This document shows positions 36,235 through 49,986 of a stretch of 64,000 nucleotides of DNA, piece by piece. Under the pieces are notes generated by a model. The model searched no databases. It worked only from the letters and a program-made list of their open reading frames with translations, and was not told the DNA's origin. Source of the stretch: Antedon mediterranea. Taxonomy: Eukaryota; Animalia; Echinodermata. The stretch's first letter is position 1. Each line of letters opens with the position of its first letter. The position numbers and the translations under genes are program-made. The stretch spans positions 10,168,001 through 10,232,000 of the forward strand of contig NC_092680.1 in NCBI RefSeq assembly GCF_964355755.1. Reading direction: 5' to 3'.

Positions 36235-37094
36235 ATGTTGTTAATAATATCAAAAGACTTTCCAACAAAATTCCCATCTGAATCATGGACAAAAGTTGGT
36301 ACAAACATAGAAGTGTGTGAGGACATAAAAAAAATGATATATTTTTGTTCTTAATATCAGGTCGGAAAGGTCATGTCAGCCCCCTATAAAGTTATAGTTA
36401 ATTTCACCCCATCTCACCCATGAACCAACATTTGTACAACATTGTAGTGTGTCAATACATAACAACAACAAAACAAAACTAACAAAATATCGGGTCGGAA
36501 AGGTCATGTCAGCTGCCATTAAAATAGCCCCATTCACGTTAATTTCAACCCACGTCATCCATACCAAAATCGGTAAAAAAAAGTCCGAAACTGACAAAAT
36601 ACCAGGTAGTAAAGGTTATGTCAGAGCCTCTTACAGTTCCATTCCTTTGTACCCCAGCACACCTTCCCCCTTTTGGTATGTGATACGTAATATACTAGGC
36701 CTACTATGTTTCTACCAATTTAGTATGGATGACGTCGGTTGAAATTAAAATGAAGGGATCACGTTAAGAGGGTCTTACCATCCCGACCTCATATTTTGTC
36801 ATTTTTTATTTTTTTTTTCTTATTTACTCACATACAAAATTTTTTGACAAAATTTAGTTCATGGATGAGATGGGGGGGGGGGGGTAACTATGACCTGACA
36901 TGACCTTTCCGACCTGGTATTTGTTTTTTTATGTCCTCACACACTTCTTTTTTTGAAAAAATGTTGGTCCATGGGTAAGATGGGGTGAAATAAACCGTTT
37001 TGGAGGATTTCCGAGGGGTCCTGGAGACTAGACCCGACCCCCGGGGTCAGGCTGACAAACTTTTTTTTTAAATGTTTTTGGTAGTATTAACAAC
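36235..37094. mobile_element. Degenerate inverted-repeat (MITE-like) element
   Basis: gaagtgtgtgaggacataaaaaaa...caggtcggaaaggtcatgtcag (36310-36379) is inverted at 36893-36947. atttcaccccatct.acccatg.accaacattt is inverted at ~36958-36991. Ends approximate; no TSD identified. Confidence 0.6.
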
Positions 37095-38596
37095 GGTCGT
37101 ATGTACTGAAATCATATGTTAGCCTATTAATCATATGCTGGCATATTAAGGTCTGGTTATATCAATAAGGATATATTATTTTCATTAGGGCCTACATATA
37201 GGCCTAATTAGCATTTTGAAAGAAAAATAACAATGTGTCTATAATAAAGTAATAATGTTACACAATGGGAAGACTTTTGATTTAAAGACTCTTTACTTGA
37301 AATAGACTAATCGGTTGATTAATTGGATTTAGGTTATTTATCTCTTTCTTTGATGACATTAAAATTATATATAGAAACGCAAAACAAAATATTACTGTAT
37401 ATAATAGGTCTATTTGCGTCAATGAAGAAATAAACTCATATTTTGTTGAGAATGTGTCGCATTAACATCTAAACCTTAGAATAACAACTAACATCGTTTT
37501 GTTATTATAAAGTTTAGTGATAATTTTAGCTAAGATCAAATATTTAAACTACTTTCCAAGAACGGTACGCGCACATCAATAAAGCTAAAATCCTGACATT
37601 CAACAAATATTAATTAAAATGATGATACTTTTAAAGAATAGTTCTTGCCTTTCACAAATTACGAGACTATAACTATTCATAATGTAATTTTACCTGAAAT
37701 TTATTTTATAAATTTGATACACGTTTGAAGCTCTTTGATCGACTTTGAAAAGCGCTATATAAGCAATTATAATTATTTATACATACAATGATTTTTATTA
37801 GAAACTTTATCGTTTTGTAAGAAAAATTCAGCTCTGTTTACACTATCAAACTTAGTTTGACAAAACAAGTGTGATGTCCCCAAATGTGGTAGTGATATGC
37901 CAAAATATGGTAGTGATAATGATATATCCATGTATGGGCACATCACATTTTGTGTCACATAAAGTTTGGTAGTGTAGACTGACTTTTAGGATTAAGGTAA
38001 GTGTTATTAGGGTGGACAGATGAAGTGTTTCGGACGGCGCGCCGCCCCCTCTTTCCATGAGAATGCACCGTCTTCATTTTGATGGTACAGTAACAGTAGC
38101 TCCGAGCCTCTTAGAGGATTTTGTAAAATTGGATTTGTACGGAACGCCTAAAGGGCAGTGATCGACACAAAATTGATGTCTATAAAATATAGTAAAATGT
38201 ACCGATATTCCTCTGAATTTGAAGAAAACAACAGATTTGTATCCAATCGTGTACACAATAATTAACTTTCGCTTAAATTACTATATTTTGATCATTTATT
38301 GTATACCAATTATTAGAAAGCACTACATGATACCATTAACGTATATTCATGAACATGTTGAATCTTCTCGTGCTAGGGAATTTATTATATACGAGCAATT
38401 ACATTGACAAATGAGCGTATGACTTTTCTTAATTTATTACCGTCTAATAGACCTAATTACCGACATTTAATTAGCTTTTTCTTTATGTGAGGTAAATTTC
38501 ACTTGCTTATATAATTGCCAATAACACCAAGCTGAGAGTCACGTGAACAAATCGATGGTATTATTGTCATGTTACACGAGAGTTATAGTAGCAATG

Positions 38597-38816
38597 AAGA
38601 TTCAAGATTCAAGATTCAAGAAATTTTATTTGTCCATAAAAATGGAAATTCACTTTGCTTGGTAGATTAAAACAACAATATTGCAACAATTTAAAAACGT
38701 GCAGTATTATAACAGATTAAAAATACAAGATAAAAAGTTAAAAATACTGTTAAAAATGTAAAACTATTAAAAATTGCATTAACGTCTTACATTAGAATCT
38801 TGAATCTTGAATCTTC
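38597..38816. repeat. Inverted (ATTCAAG)n / (CTTGAAT)n tracts, probable LINE/SINE 3' tail remnant
   Basis: gaagattcaagattcaagattcaagaaattttattt at 38597 (AATAAA + heptamer tail on the minus strand) and agaatcttgaatcttgaatcttc ending at 38816. Confidence 0.55.
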
Positions 38817-41800
38817 TGTCTTCAACATAACCTTAGAAGTGTCTTCAACATAACCTTTGAAGTTTCTCGGGGTAGGAATTCTTTAAAGTGGGAAATCACA
38901 TTGAAAAATTTGTATTTTTTTCGGTGGTATTTATTAGTCCAATAGCCTAATTGTCGACATCTGAAGTAGAACGTGCAATATTCATATTCAATATTCTTAT
39001 TATTCACTTGAAGTGAGGTTTAGGCCTACCTTTTTAGATCTTAATGCTCGACACTGCAGAAATACACTGCCCATATGAATGAATTTAAAAATTATAAAAT
39101 TACTCTACTCTACCAGAATCCCCTTCTCGATCTTCCGAAAGATGCACTGGGTTATTTAATGTGCATGTGAGCTAGTACATTGGACCTCAGCCTAGAAGAC
39201 TTGTCCTTATACCACCAGGACTATGGTCGAGGAAAAGTCTCGAATCTGATTTATTTGTGGTTTGCGGTGCCCTTGCCTTGACTCGACAAGTAATTAAAAC
39301 TCAACTTGTAAAAGATCATGATGAAAAATTAAAATGTGTTTGTTATTAAAAGCTATGAAAATAACATATTATTTGACAAAAGATGATTATAAATTATGAA
39401 AAGCCTACACAGATTAAATTAATAAACCTTTTAGAAGGTTACATTGTTAAAATCCCTCGGGTATTACACGATTCATGATCCGTGATTCCATGTCTTAAGT
39501 ACGTTTTCATCAATACAATTTGATTGCAGTATGTGTGACCGTACTGAAACATCAATGAGCGAGTAATAGGCCCACTGATCAGTATTGTTGTGCTGCTGCT
39601 GTGACATCCCAGAAGGTGTCACAATAATCATAAGAAGATTATAAATAAAAGATATTTCTTTAATGCTCTTACCTTTTTAAAATTCAGAAAAGTATATTAA
39701 AAAATGATTTTAATAATTGACATAATCAAAGAATATCTTTGTTTATGAATTAAATTATTGGTGATGATGCTGATTATTATTAGGAGAAGGATGATGATGA
39801 TGTACGCTGATTTTACATTTTGTTTTCGTAATGAAAGTTACCATTCCCTGTTTGTCGAACAGTTGGTTGTGTTTATGATGAGTTTATTTATCTGTCCAGA
39901 TTTCATATTGACTTTAGCAAAGCAACTGTCATCGATAATTTATTTTTCTAGGTAAATCTCCTTTGAATCATGTTAAACTTGGGAAAAATGAATACGATAA
40001 TACTGTATATGATATAATGAAATCGTTTACAAGACTGTAACATTTTGGCCCTGTCCAGATGGTTGATAACGATGAAAAATAAATTGTGTAAACGTACAAC
40101 GTATACCATCAAAATATTTCTCCTTAAAAGAATGATAAATAAAGATATTTTTAAAAAGTAAAAATATCAATAAAAGTACCTAGGATAAATGGAGAAAGCA
40201 TTATAAAAAGTTACCTTTATCAGCATTATAACTTAACTGCTATAATGCAAAACCCGGAATAAAATTGATAAATTTAGATTCTTAAATAGAGTTACAGATG
40301 ACTTAATAGACATTTAAATTAGGTTATACAAGATTTTGATAAGGATAATAGAATGATACAGGACTAAGGCATTCAGTTGTCATGATCTCTCTGTGAGACT
40401 CATGTCACTATTCACAGAAACCATATTTGGCCAGTTCAATCAGCTCAGTCGGTTTAAATGAAATTGTATCAAGATCACGTGCCTTTTAAAATTGTAGTAT
40501 GGACACATGTGACTCAATACAAGTTTTTCCTATTAAATGTAGTTTTTCGTATAAATAAATGTATTTAGAATCTGAACTTATGTTACCATCAAACCACAGT
40601 AGCCAGCTACGACTGTTAGACCTACATAAACACCGTACTGATGAAAATATGACCAATACCATTCACCAAACAGAGAGGTGTAAAACATGACGACCTATAA
40701 CTTGCCAATGTACACATTATAAGTACATGCAAGACAAAGTACCTAATAAATTATAGTTAGACTATCTTAAGGTAACTGCGCGGAAAAAGTTCAAGAACTA
40801 CATTGTGGATATCACACCCCCATTACTCAGTACACTATTTATTTTCAACAAGCTTGATTGATTTAATTCAGATTCTTTTACTTAAACATCACGTTTTAGG
40901 CTTCGTTTTCTCCTAAGATTTATCAATCGAATTACGATTTAAATTTCTCATTCAGTAGTAAATCGTTTATTGACTGTCAAACAGATATTATTTCACTTTA
41001 TCTAGTGCATGTGAGGACATTCATGACTCTACGTGTAGTTAATCTCAACTTCAAACAGGCAAAATAGTGATACTTTCCACAATATTTTTGTTGATGGCTG
41101 TAAACGGTTAATAAATTCACAATGTAATTTTGAAGGATAATTCTATGGCACTTTTTTCTTTTACTTCGTAAACCGCTTTCTTTCTCTCTGTAGTACTTCA
41201 CCTTATTCCGTGATCCAATGGGCTATTAGGAGGCAGCATATTCGAAAGAATATGAATGTTTGCTTAGTAGGACTTTTGATGGAAAGTTCAACAGATGCAC
41301 GGTAAAACTTCGTGGTTCATGCTATAAAAAATAATATTGTGCATCAAAAAATGTCTATACTATATCATTTGCGATAACCTGAGAACTTTTACGCTAACTG
41401 TGGTGTCGTCCCAATATCTCCGCATGCGCACAATTAATTAACATGACGTAGTTTGGTCGTCGGTCTCGCAAATCAAAAGCTCCCTAACTAAATGTCCTAC
41501 CTCTTATCACTCATGCTTATATACATTATGTTTGAGGTTTGTTACACTAGGCATAAGGTCACGGTCTAAGAAACAAAATCAATCTCAAGAAGCTTTATTT
41601 GTTATTCACTTGATACTATTATTTAATTAATATCAATTTATTACCATACTGTATTTCACCCGATTCCCGCTATCCGTAATCACATGTGATTCTGTATTAC
41701 GGAATTTTCCTATTGGATACTGGGCAAGCATTAGCACTGAGAGTCGGGTAGGCCTAATACTTTACTATAACTACGAGTTTTAAAATATATTAATCTAGTT

Positions 41801-43058
41801 GCTAGTAAAGTTTCATTAGAATTCATTAACACTATCATTCAGTCGTAAGAAGAAGTCGCTAGCCTTAACATTTCATTACTTTCATACGACAAAGGAACTG
41901 TATGATAAAACTGCAGTCACTGTGTCTATTCTGTGCTATAACTAACGAATATCGAATTAAATACAGGTAGGTCTCTCCAATTAGAATAACTTTTAATTTG
42001 GATTAATTCACAGCGATGACTAGTATTGACTAATTATAGCGCTGATATAACACAAGAAATGACCTTTTGGACATTCATGTGGGTTTAATTTCTTATAATT
42101 TTATTGTGGCATATATTTTATTAATATAATTTTAATAATTATAAACTGGTCAAAATGGGCAGATGAAATTGTATAAACACATTTTCCTGGTTACATTTTA
42201 AAGAGAAGATTGATTTAATTATCCGACAAAATAATTAGTAATTGTGAGCCGAACGTAGACTCGATTCTCAATCGGTATCATTCCAATTCGGAAGAATCGG
42301 CTGTAATATGTTGGTTTTGGGCTTCTGGGAATAATCTCTAAGTACGTCCCTATTAACCCGTAATGTTACTTAAATGTATCTATGTAAATATCATGTTTCT
42401 ACTTTGTCATTAAAATCAAACAAAACCACACTACAATTAAAGAATTTTAGCAAACTGGTCTATAAAATGTAACTGCAAAATATGAATACAGTACATCATA
42501 ATGGGTATTCATGACGCTGAACGATGTCATCCCCTTTTTTAAAGGTAAACAAAGATAGAAAATGACCGTTAGATGAGGAATACTATAATCCTATGTTCAT
42601 CCCACATCTCTCCCAATCCTGGAATCAGTCAATGTATGCTTCGTTACGTTTTATCATGCATGTAGAACATATTTTATTAGGCCTATTATGATTCTGAATT
42701 TATATAAATATTATCACCATCAACTAAAGATGAATTAAATCTGTTCTTGTCATTGTCATTGAATTATTTTTTCCAAATAAAAAGAATGTTGTATTTATTG
42801 TTACGTATAGGCCTACTCCATATTAGCAAATACCTTAGTTTTCAATTTATAGACCTATTTTAATCACGCTACACAGGACCTTGTAACAATTTTAGTTCCT
42901 GTTTGAAAAAAAAATTATAAACGTAATATTCAATATTTAAAAAAAATAAGATGTTATTTAAGTCCATCAAATGGTCTTTAATAAACAAATTCTCTCCTCT
43001 TTAAAAATTGTGAGATTGTATTTCCTTTTATTTTCGAAACAAAAAATGCACGAATATG

Positions 43059-43433
43059 CAACAGTTGTATGCGCGCGTAATCTATTCATGTTGTACCGCT
43101 GACGAATTCATTTCACAATATAATATTACCGATTAGAAATATTATTTAAATAAATGTTAAATAATAGTACGTTTTGGTACAAGATTATCTCATGACATGT
43201 GCTGTTTTAAAAAATAAATGCGCCTTACGTATAAAACACAAGTACCTATCAACAGTTGTATGCGCGCGTAATCTATTCATGTTGTACCGCTGACGAATTC
43301 ATTTCACAATATAATATTACCGATTAGAAATATTATTTAAATAAATGTTAAATAATAGTACGTTTTGGTACAAGATTATCTCATGACATGTGCTGTTTTA
43401 AAAAATAAATGCGCCTTACGTATAAAACACAAG
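43059..43433. repeat. Exact-looking 184-bp tandem duplication with 7-bp spacer
   Basis: 43059-43242 matches 43250-43433 (caacagttgtatgcgcgcg...ataaaacacaag), spacer tacctat. Confidence 0.92.
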
Positions 43434-44893
43434 GATTTTCTTATTCTTAGCAGTTGGAAGTTTAATGACAGTAAAAAGCTTTTTGACTTTTGAGACTTGT
43501 CGAGTGCCGTGTTTAGTGTGTGTCCACAGGGTACAATTTACCAAAGGCACAGTCAGTTTGAGATATAGTTCAATATTTTATCTTCAATTCAATAGATATA
43601 TCGACATGAAACAGAATCACTAACGGTGGAAAATGCAAATGTTGAGGGTGAACTTGTTAAAACATGTTCCCAAAATCTGAATTTAAAAACTAGTTTTCAT
43701 TCAATTTATACTCAAAATATCCAAAATCATCAGATCAGAAATGATTGTTGTTGAATAGAAGAATAAAGGTAGTAATCACAGTTTGTGTATTCTAAAATAA
43801 TAAACAACTAAAAATTGTATTCAATATTAATTTACTATCGGTACGTAATGAATGGTGTTTTGAAAAATACTAATATTACTCACAATTGGTAAGGCTTATT
43901 ATGGGTATAATACCAATGCAAATTTATTGTTTATAATAATTTGTTTTATTTAAATCATCCGTTTTTACACAATGCAAGGTTGATTAGCATCGAAGGTGCC
44001 GATTGTACTTCGCATCTAAAATGCCTAAGAAAAGTACACATTGAGGATTTATATTTTAAGCCTAGATTATCTTAAGTGCAACATGTGTTGATATATTTGC
44101 TTAAACGATTAAGCCTGTATTAAGGAAAATGTAGTAGTTTTAGGTTTCTTCTCTCCGCTGATGATATAGAAATTAGGGAAAAATAAGCTGTTGATATATT
44201 CTGGACTGTTTTTTTACATGACATTATTAAAATGTCCAGTATCATAGGCAGATTATGTTATACATCACATGTGTCTGTATCATAGTCTAACCCCAATACT
44301 GTTTAAAGCAAGGCCATTTGACGCGTTTGACAAAAATATGAAATTACTGTATTCCTACCTTAATTCATTAAAAAGTTATTTGGCTCTTGTTATTATATAT
44401 ATATAGTATGGTATACCATACCATACATATTCATTTAAATGAACCATGGAGGAATGTGTTTATATTATCGGACTAATTTATCCAAAACGTGAACCGATTT
44501 GTGAAACTCATTTTACTAGAAAGTAATTAGCAAAGTTTTGGTTAAGGTTGCTTCACAGAAAGAAAATAACAAATCAAATGAACCAGGTAATGTTGTTACC
44601 ACCAAGTAGCAGCAGGTCGGGATCGTTGTAGACGTTATTAGTAGATAAGGTACTCTCTGTGCAGTTTTTAAATATGAACCCAGAAGATAATCAATTGAAA
44701 GGAATTAATGATGATGACAATGATTTATGATGATTTTTATAATGATGTTGATGATAATTTTGAGAGGTAAAATTTGGGTAGGAATTGATAATGAGATAAA
44801 TCAGAAATACAATCAAATGGAATTAGAAACACCCAACAACATTAAGACATTTACGTTGCTTAAAATGGTTACACATAAAATATGGTTACTTAC

Positions 44894-45120
44894 CTGTGTT
44901 AAAAGCTAAACCGATTTCTTAAAGTTGTTTTCCAAGTTTGAATCAAGGCGGTGACAGATTGTCTCAACGTGCGCTGGTAATGTGTTTTCTTTACTTCTGC
45001 TAAGCAGACTAAAGATGATTCTTATACGGATTCTGTAAATGCTAATAACAGTTGATCTTCTAAACACAGTATTTGTTCAGAAGACCGGGAGGTGAAACAA
45101 CTGAGAATGAGAAAGAATTC
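44894..45120 (-). other. Candidate non-coding first exon of the GnRHR-like gene
   Basis: Perfect donor CAG|GTAAGT on the minus strand at 44893; the coding exon has an unpaired acceptor at 35560. The pairing and 5' limit are speculative. Confidence 0.3.
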
Positions 45121-48100
45121 ATTACGCATGTACGATTACGACGCATCCAATAAGAAACGCCGAATAAAATGCACCAAACGTCCATGTAGTTTTGATTGTG
45201 TTTGGGTACCGTACAAATTGGAGCCAGATAACTATAGTGTCTAATAAGAACGTAATTTAGAATCGCATCTTTATTAATGTTTTATTACATTAAGTAGCCA
45301 GGTAGGAATAATGACCAGGCATAGTACATTGTACATTTCCACGAGTATATACGCAAAGACGATACTGTGGTATTTTACCGTACACAAAGACGATAAGATT
45401 GCGAGTAATGAACCAACGTGTATTACGTCATCAGATTGAAATTGCACTCACCACCTTTTATCTGTCTCTTTAATGTTCCATCGTAGGCCTACACATACAG
45501 CCATACTTACCGTATTTAACCGTATTTATTCCCTCGGGTTATGTCACCTAAGCCAGTCGCATGAGCAATATATATTGTATGTATCACTGCAATAACACCG
45601 TTTTATTATATTGGTATTTGATTACAGTAGTTTTACAACATTATGTTATCTACTTAATTTTTTATAGTTCATTGGAATTTTATTATAAAAAATTGTACTA
45701 AAAAGTGAAAATAACGATATATTACAAATTGTGATTCAGCCTCCTTAGCTCATCTGGCGATATTTATGGGCGAGCTTTGATAGTCATGAAACGAGATTGC
45801 AACTTTTTCAAAGAAATGTTCTAATAGAAGACTAAAGAAAAAAACAAACCACAGTTTATAATTGTCTGATTAAACAAAATCATGACTCTTTTAAATGAAA
45901 AAGATAATTTATTTTAAATTTAAAAGTGAGGAAATGTCGTGATGGCACTAGTTACTCTTCATTGTGCATGATTAATCTTTGTAATGATTGTGTAATGTAT
46001 ACAGTATAAAATACGTGTTGCCATGTTAATTACTGGTACCAGTGGATCTGAGGATAAATGCATGTGCAGAAGCCATCGTTGTTGTAAATAAAGAACGAAT
46101 TAATTTGATTTGATGTCATTACTTTGTACTTTGATGTGTTTTATCAGATGAAAACTATACGATTAGCATTACTGGAAATAAAAGCTGCAATAAAAAAGTC
46201 ATACTCTGGACATATTATTACAATAGACCCAACGCAGTCATTAAGGATGAGCATGCATTAAATAGGAGACACTGATACAAGTTTTATTCTAAAAGATAAA
46301 CTAATCTTAGTGTTCCCAATTTCTTTTCCCAATTACGCTGCGCATAAATCACCATAAGTCAGTGATGAGTGCGTAGGCCTAATGTAACAATCACAGGAAA
46401 TACATTCACAGACAAATTGTATACATTATTTCTATCCCTTATTTATACTTTTTATTTTATTTTTAATAACTTCTAGAAAACCTTGTGAGTTGATTAACTA
46501 TTATAGCAATATTTCATAATACAGCATCTCATTTATATCACATGTGGTGCCTGTATCGTGTAAGGTTAGGTTAAGGGTTAAGTTACTACTATATAGATAC
46601 ATGTGATGTTGTATTACCAAATATTTCTATGATACTTCGGAAATAGATACAGTACCGAGAATCGGCTGAGTAACTTTAACAAATAACAAATTTGTTATCT
46701 GTTTAAATTGTGAACATAAGCTCCTTTCAAAGTTGGCAAGATCCTACAGACCGAAGAAACAAAATTCAAGAGATCGATCTTTATTTTTTCTTTCCTTTTT
46801 TCATTTTCTATATTATAAATTACTTTGAATTTTAATTCATAATGTTAGATTTTTCCATTTTTAAATTTCTTTACAAGTGGGGCAGATTGCCATGTTTTCC
46901 CATTGGGCCCTTTATTGATAGGCCGACCATGAGTGTAACGGCATCGTGCGTATAACGTCTGTCAAGTTTTAACTTCACTTATAGTGCAATATGTCCTAAT
47001 TCGGCAAATGTTCTTCATTAATATTTAGCAAATGGCATCGATATTGTAATTCTTAAGTGCCGTTCCGTCTTTGAGAAAGCGCCCGTGAGTGCATACCACA
47101 ATCGAAGAAAAGTAGAACGGAATATATCTTACAGTTTGGCAGCTAGAAAAAGAAAAATATGTACAATTTAACTGAAAAAGTCTAACTTTGAGAAAATCGG
47201 GTTTACTGAAAGTGATATACACCGAGCTACTAAATCGAATTACAACACACCACCTCTAGCTTTTGTTGCTCTGGGCATTCGCAATAAAAAGTAGAACGAA
47301 ATATATCTTTGGTCTGGTTGTGTAGTGTTTGTAGAAATGTACGCAATTACTGAACAAAATGTGTTTGAAGCTTATATAACGAAATAAATGTCGAAGTGCC
47401 AAGATTAGATTAGTTGCTAGAGGTAAGACGCACGAATGAACAAAATAGGCCTAAAACAAATTAGTACAATTTTATTTATATCGCAAAAAAAAGATATAGA
47501 TCTTCAGTAGTATGTGTAATAAATAAATCTTGAATTGCGTTTTTTCAAAAACTAAATACTGTAAAGAAAGTAACAGTGAGTGCCATTAGTTTGTAAAAAA
47601 AGACTAATAATAATATCGAAAATCTACGGCACAATCACTTTAATTTATTATAGAGGGGTATTAAACTTAACTTTTTGTTGTTCTTTGACGGTAATATTAT
47701 TATCTTCTCCACAGTGTTAACATTATTTAACAAGTGAAATCGTATGCCACTGGCGGAAGCTTCCGTCATTTCACGCTGAGCTTAGGGGGTTTTCATTACA
47801 TATAATGACTAGCCTACGGTATGAACTACATTGCTATACATCTTGTGCCAAAACATTGGGTAACAAATGGCATTTTTATTTGACAACGTCAGATTGAAAT
47901 GCACGCTTAATTGGATGTCTCATCAGCTACTGTTTATAAGTATACGCTTCGTTCGACCTGGATTTGATACACCGGTAATCTTCATTTTGTCATTGTAGGT
48001 GTATATTAACAAAGTTGGGTAATAACTAATGCAAGCCTTCATTTTTACTGATAACACATCTAATATTATGTTTAGTCATATTTTAAAACGGTATTCTCTG

Positions 48101-49773
48101 TACGCGCACGTCGTCGTATTACTATAAGCCTAATGAGCGCATTTCCAAACTGATCATTAAAACAACACAAAATGTATTTAACATAATTTTAGTGTTCTGC
48201 GTTTTCTTTTCAAGCCGTCATTTTAGAAACCGGGGATACTAAACGAACTTCGTGAGTGGAGTAAAACAACAAGAAAGTCGAATTCGACTGATTCTCTGTT
48301 TGTTTGTATCTGTAATTTCGGCCTAAATCTTTTTTTAAAATCTATTGACGCCTGTGCGATTGCTTACAGCAAAACAGTATCAACCAAAACATCAAATAAA
48401 ATGAATGAATATATTATACGTCACGTCTACATATTTTGCTTTCGTATATCGTCCTTTACATCATTTTAAACAAATTTTTAGTGTCTACTACACTTTTGAA
48501 ATACGATCTAAGATTTGGCAGCAGGCAAATGTTTGTTTTCTTGAATCAGCTGAATATCTGAATCTGAATATTCTTATTTGCGCGAGAGTGATAGTATGAA
48601 AATACCATATCTTCCAAGGGTAGCTGACTAAATTAAGTTCATTACCATGACAACAACGTAAAATCATATTTAGTTTGATCTTATAACGTTCGTTGTGTGT
48701 GTTTTAATTGTAAATTTGACCTTTACACTTTCATTTGAAGATAATTTAGTCTGTTTTAATTATCTTTATTTTGCAGTAAACGCATCAATTTGTTCCAGTT
48801 GGTCAGTTGTTGTACCACTACTATTTTCCTTCACGGTATGTAGGATTGACCAAGAATAACTATTTAAACCATTTATTGTACAGCGCAGCAACATGTTCAT
48901 AGCAGTATGATGTTTACACAAACATAATTATCAATCAATAAAATAGTGTAATGTAAACAATTGCTGAACAAATTTGCGAGTAAACTGTGCGTTGCCCACC
49001 AGGGATAATAATCGAGACGTGACGGATCATCCGAATTGTCTCTCTCGCGATTGATCAACTCACTTGCGTTGCATGCACGCCATTGCGTTGTATTCAGGTG
49101 GGAACCAATTATTTTCTTTTCTCTTTTTGTCTGAATTCCCATAGAGGTGTTGGTACATACTAGATACATCAATCCAAGTATCACACATAAAACAAATTAT
49201 TGAAAATGAGATTATGACGCAATGTTGAGCTCAATCCTTGAGGCCTGCGGTAAATGTGAGTCCTCTATTTTGTTGTCTGTATTCTTTACCAGATGTTATT
49301 ATGGAATTTTTTTTCTGAACTAAAGTTGGTCAAATAAAATCAAATTTGAAATCTTATTCTAAAATCCTCTCTCTCAGTAGTGTTAGCAGTGGTGAAATGT
49401 TGAATACGTCTGTTAAATAGAGGGCGTGATCTAAATTCAACTGAACAAGAGTGCTTTAGACACCTATTGGTTAATTGTGGTTACTATATACAATTCTATA
49501 GAACTCTTAATTAATCGTTATATGCAACTACTTATATTCTTGCAATGGAACAAATATGATGAAAATAGAACACATTTTCATCTTAAACAATAATATTTAC
49601 ATAAACAGGTAGTTTAAATCAATCTGAAAGATACAATGCCACTCTCATTTGTGCTAGACAAGTACAGGTTGTATTTCTTCTTTTTTCAGGAAAGATCCAA
49701 CAAGCAAATTAAAGTCTTTGTTGTTAGGCGAGTTGGTTATAATAAATCAAACAAATGTTTCCTTGCAATATTT

Positions 49774-49986
49774 CTACGAAATAGCATCAGACTGGAATGT
49801 AACACGGTTTGTTTTGTCACCAATTTTTGTTTTCTTTGATCTTTTTGTCTTTTCTTGTCGAACAAATGCTGCGAATACATTTTTCATAATGTCGTAGAAA
49901 CATTCTAAAAACTCCAAAAACGTTAGAGCTGACATACCAATCCATAGACCAAGATGCCCACCAATGTTACTAACTAGAGATAACAA
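49774..49986 (-). CDS. DEG/ENaC last exon (TM2, C-tail)
   Basis: LLSLVSNIGGHLGLWIGMSALTFLEFLE...stop. Confidence 0.92.
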   Translation of the reverse strand: MLSLVSNIGGHLGLWIGMSALTFLEFLECFYDIMKNVFAAFVRQEKTKRSKKTKIGDKTNRVTFQSDAIS

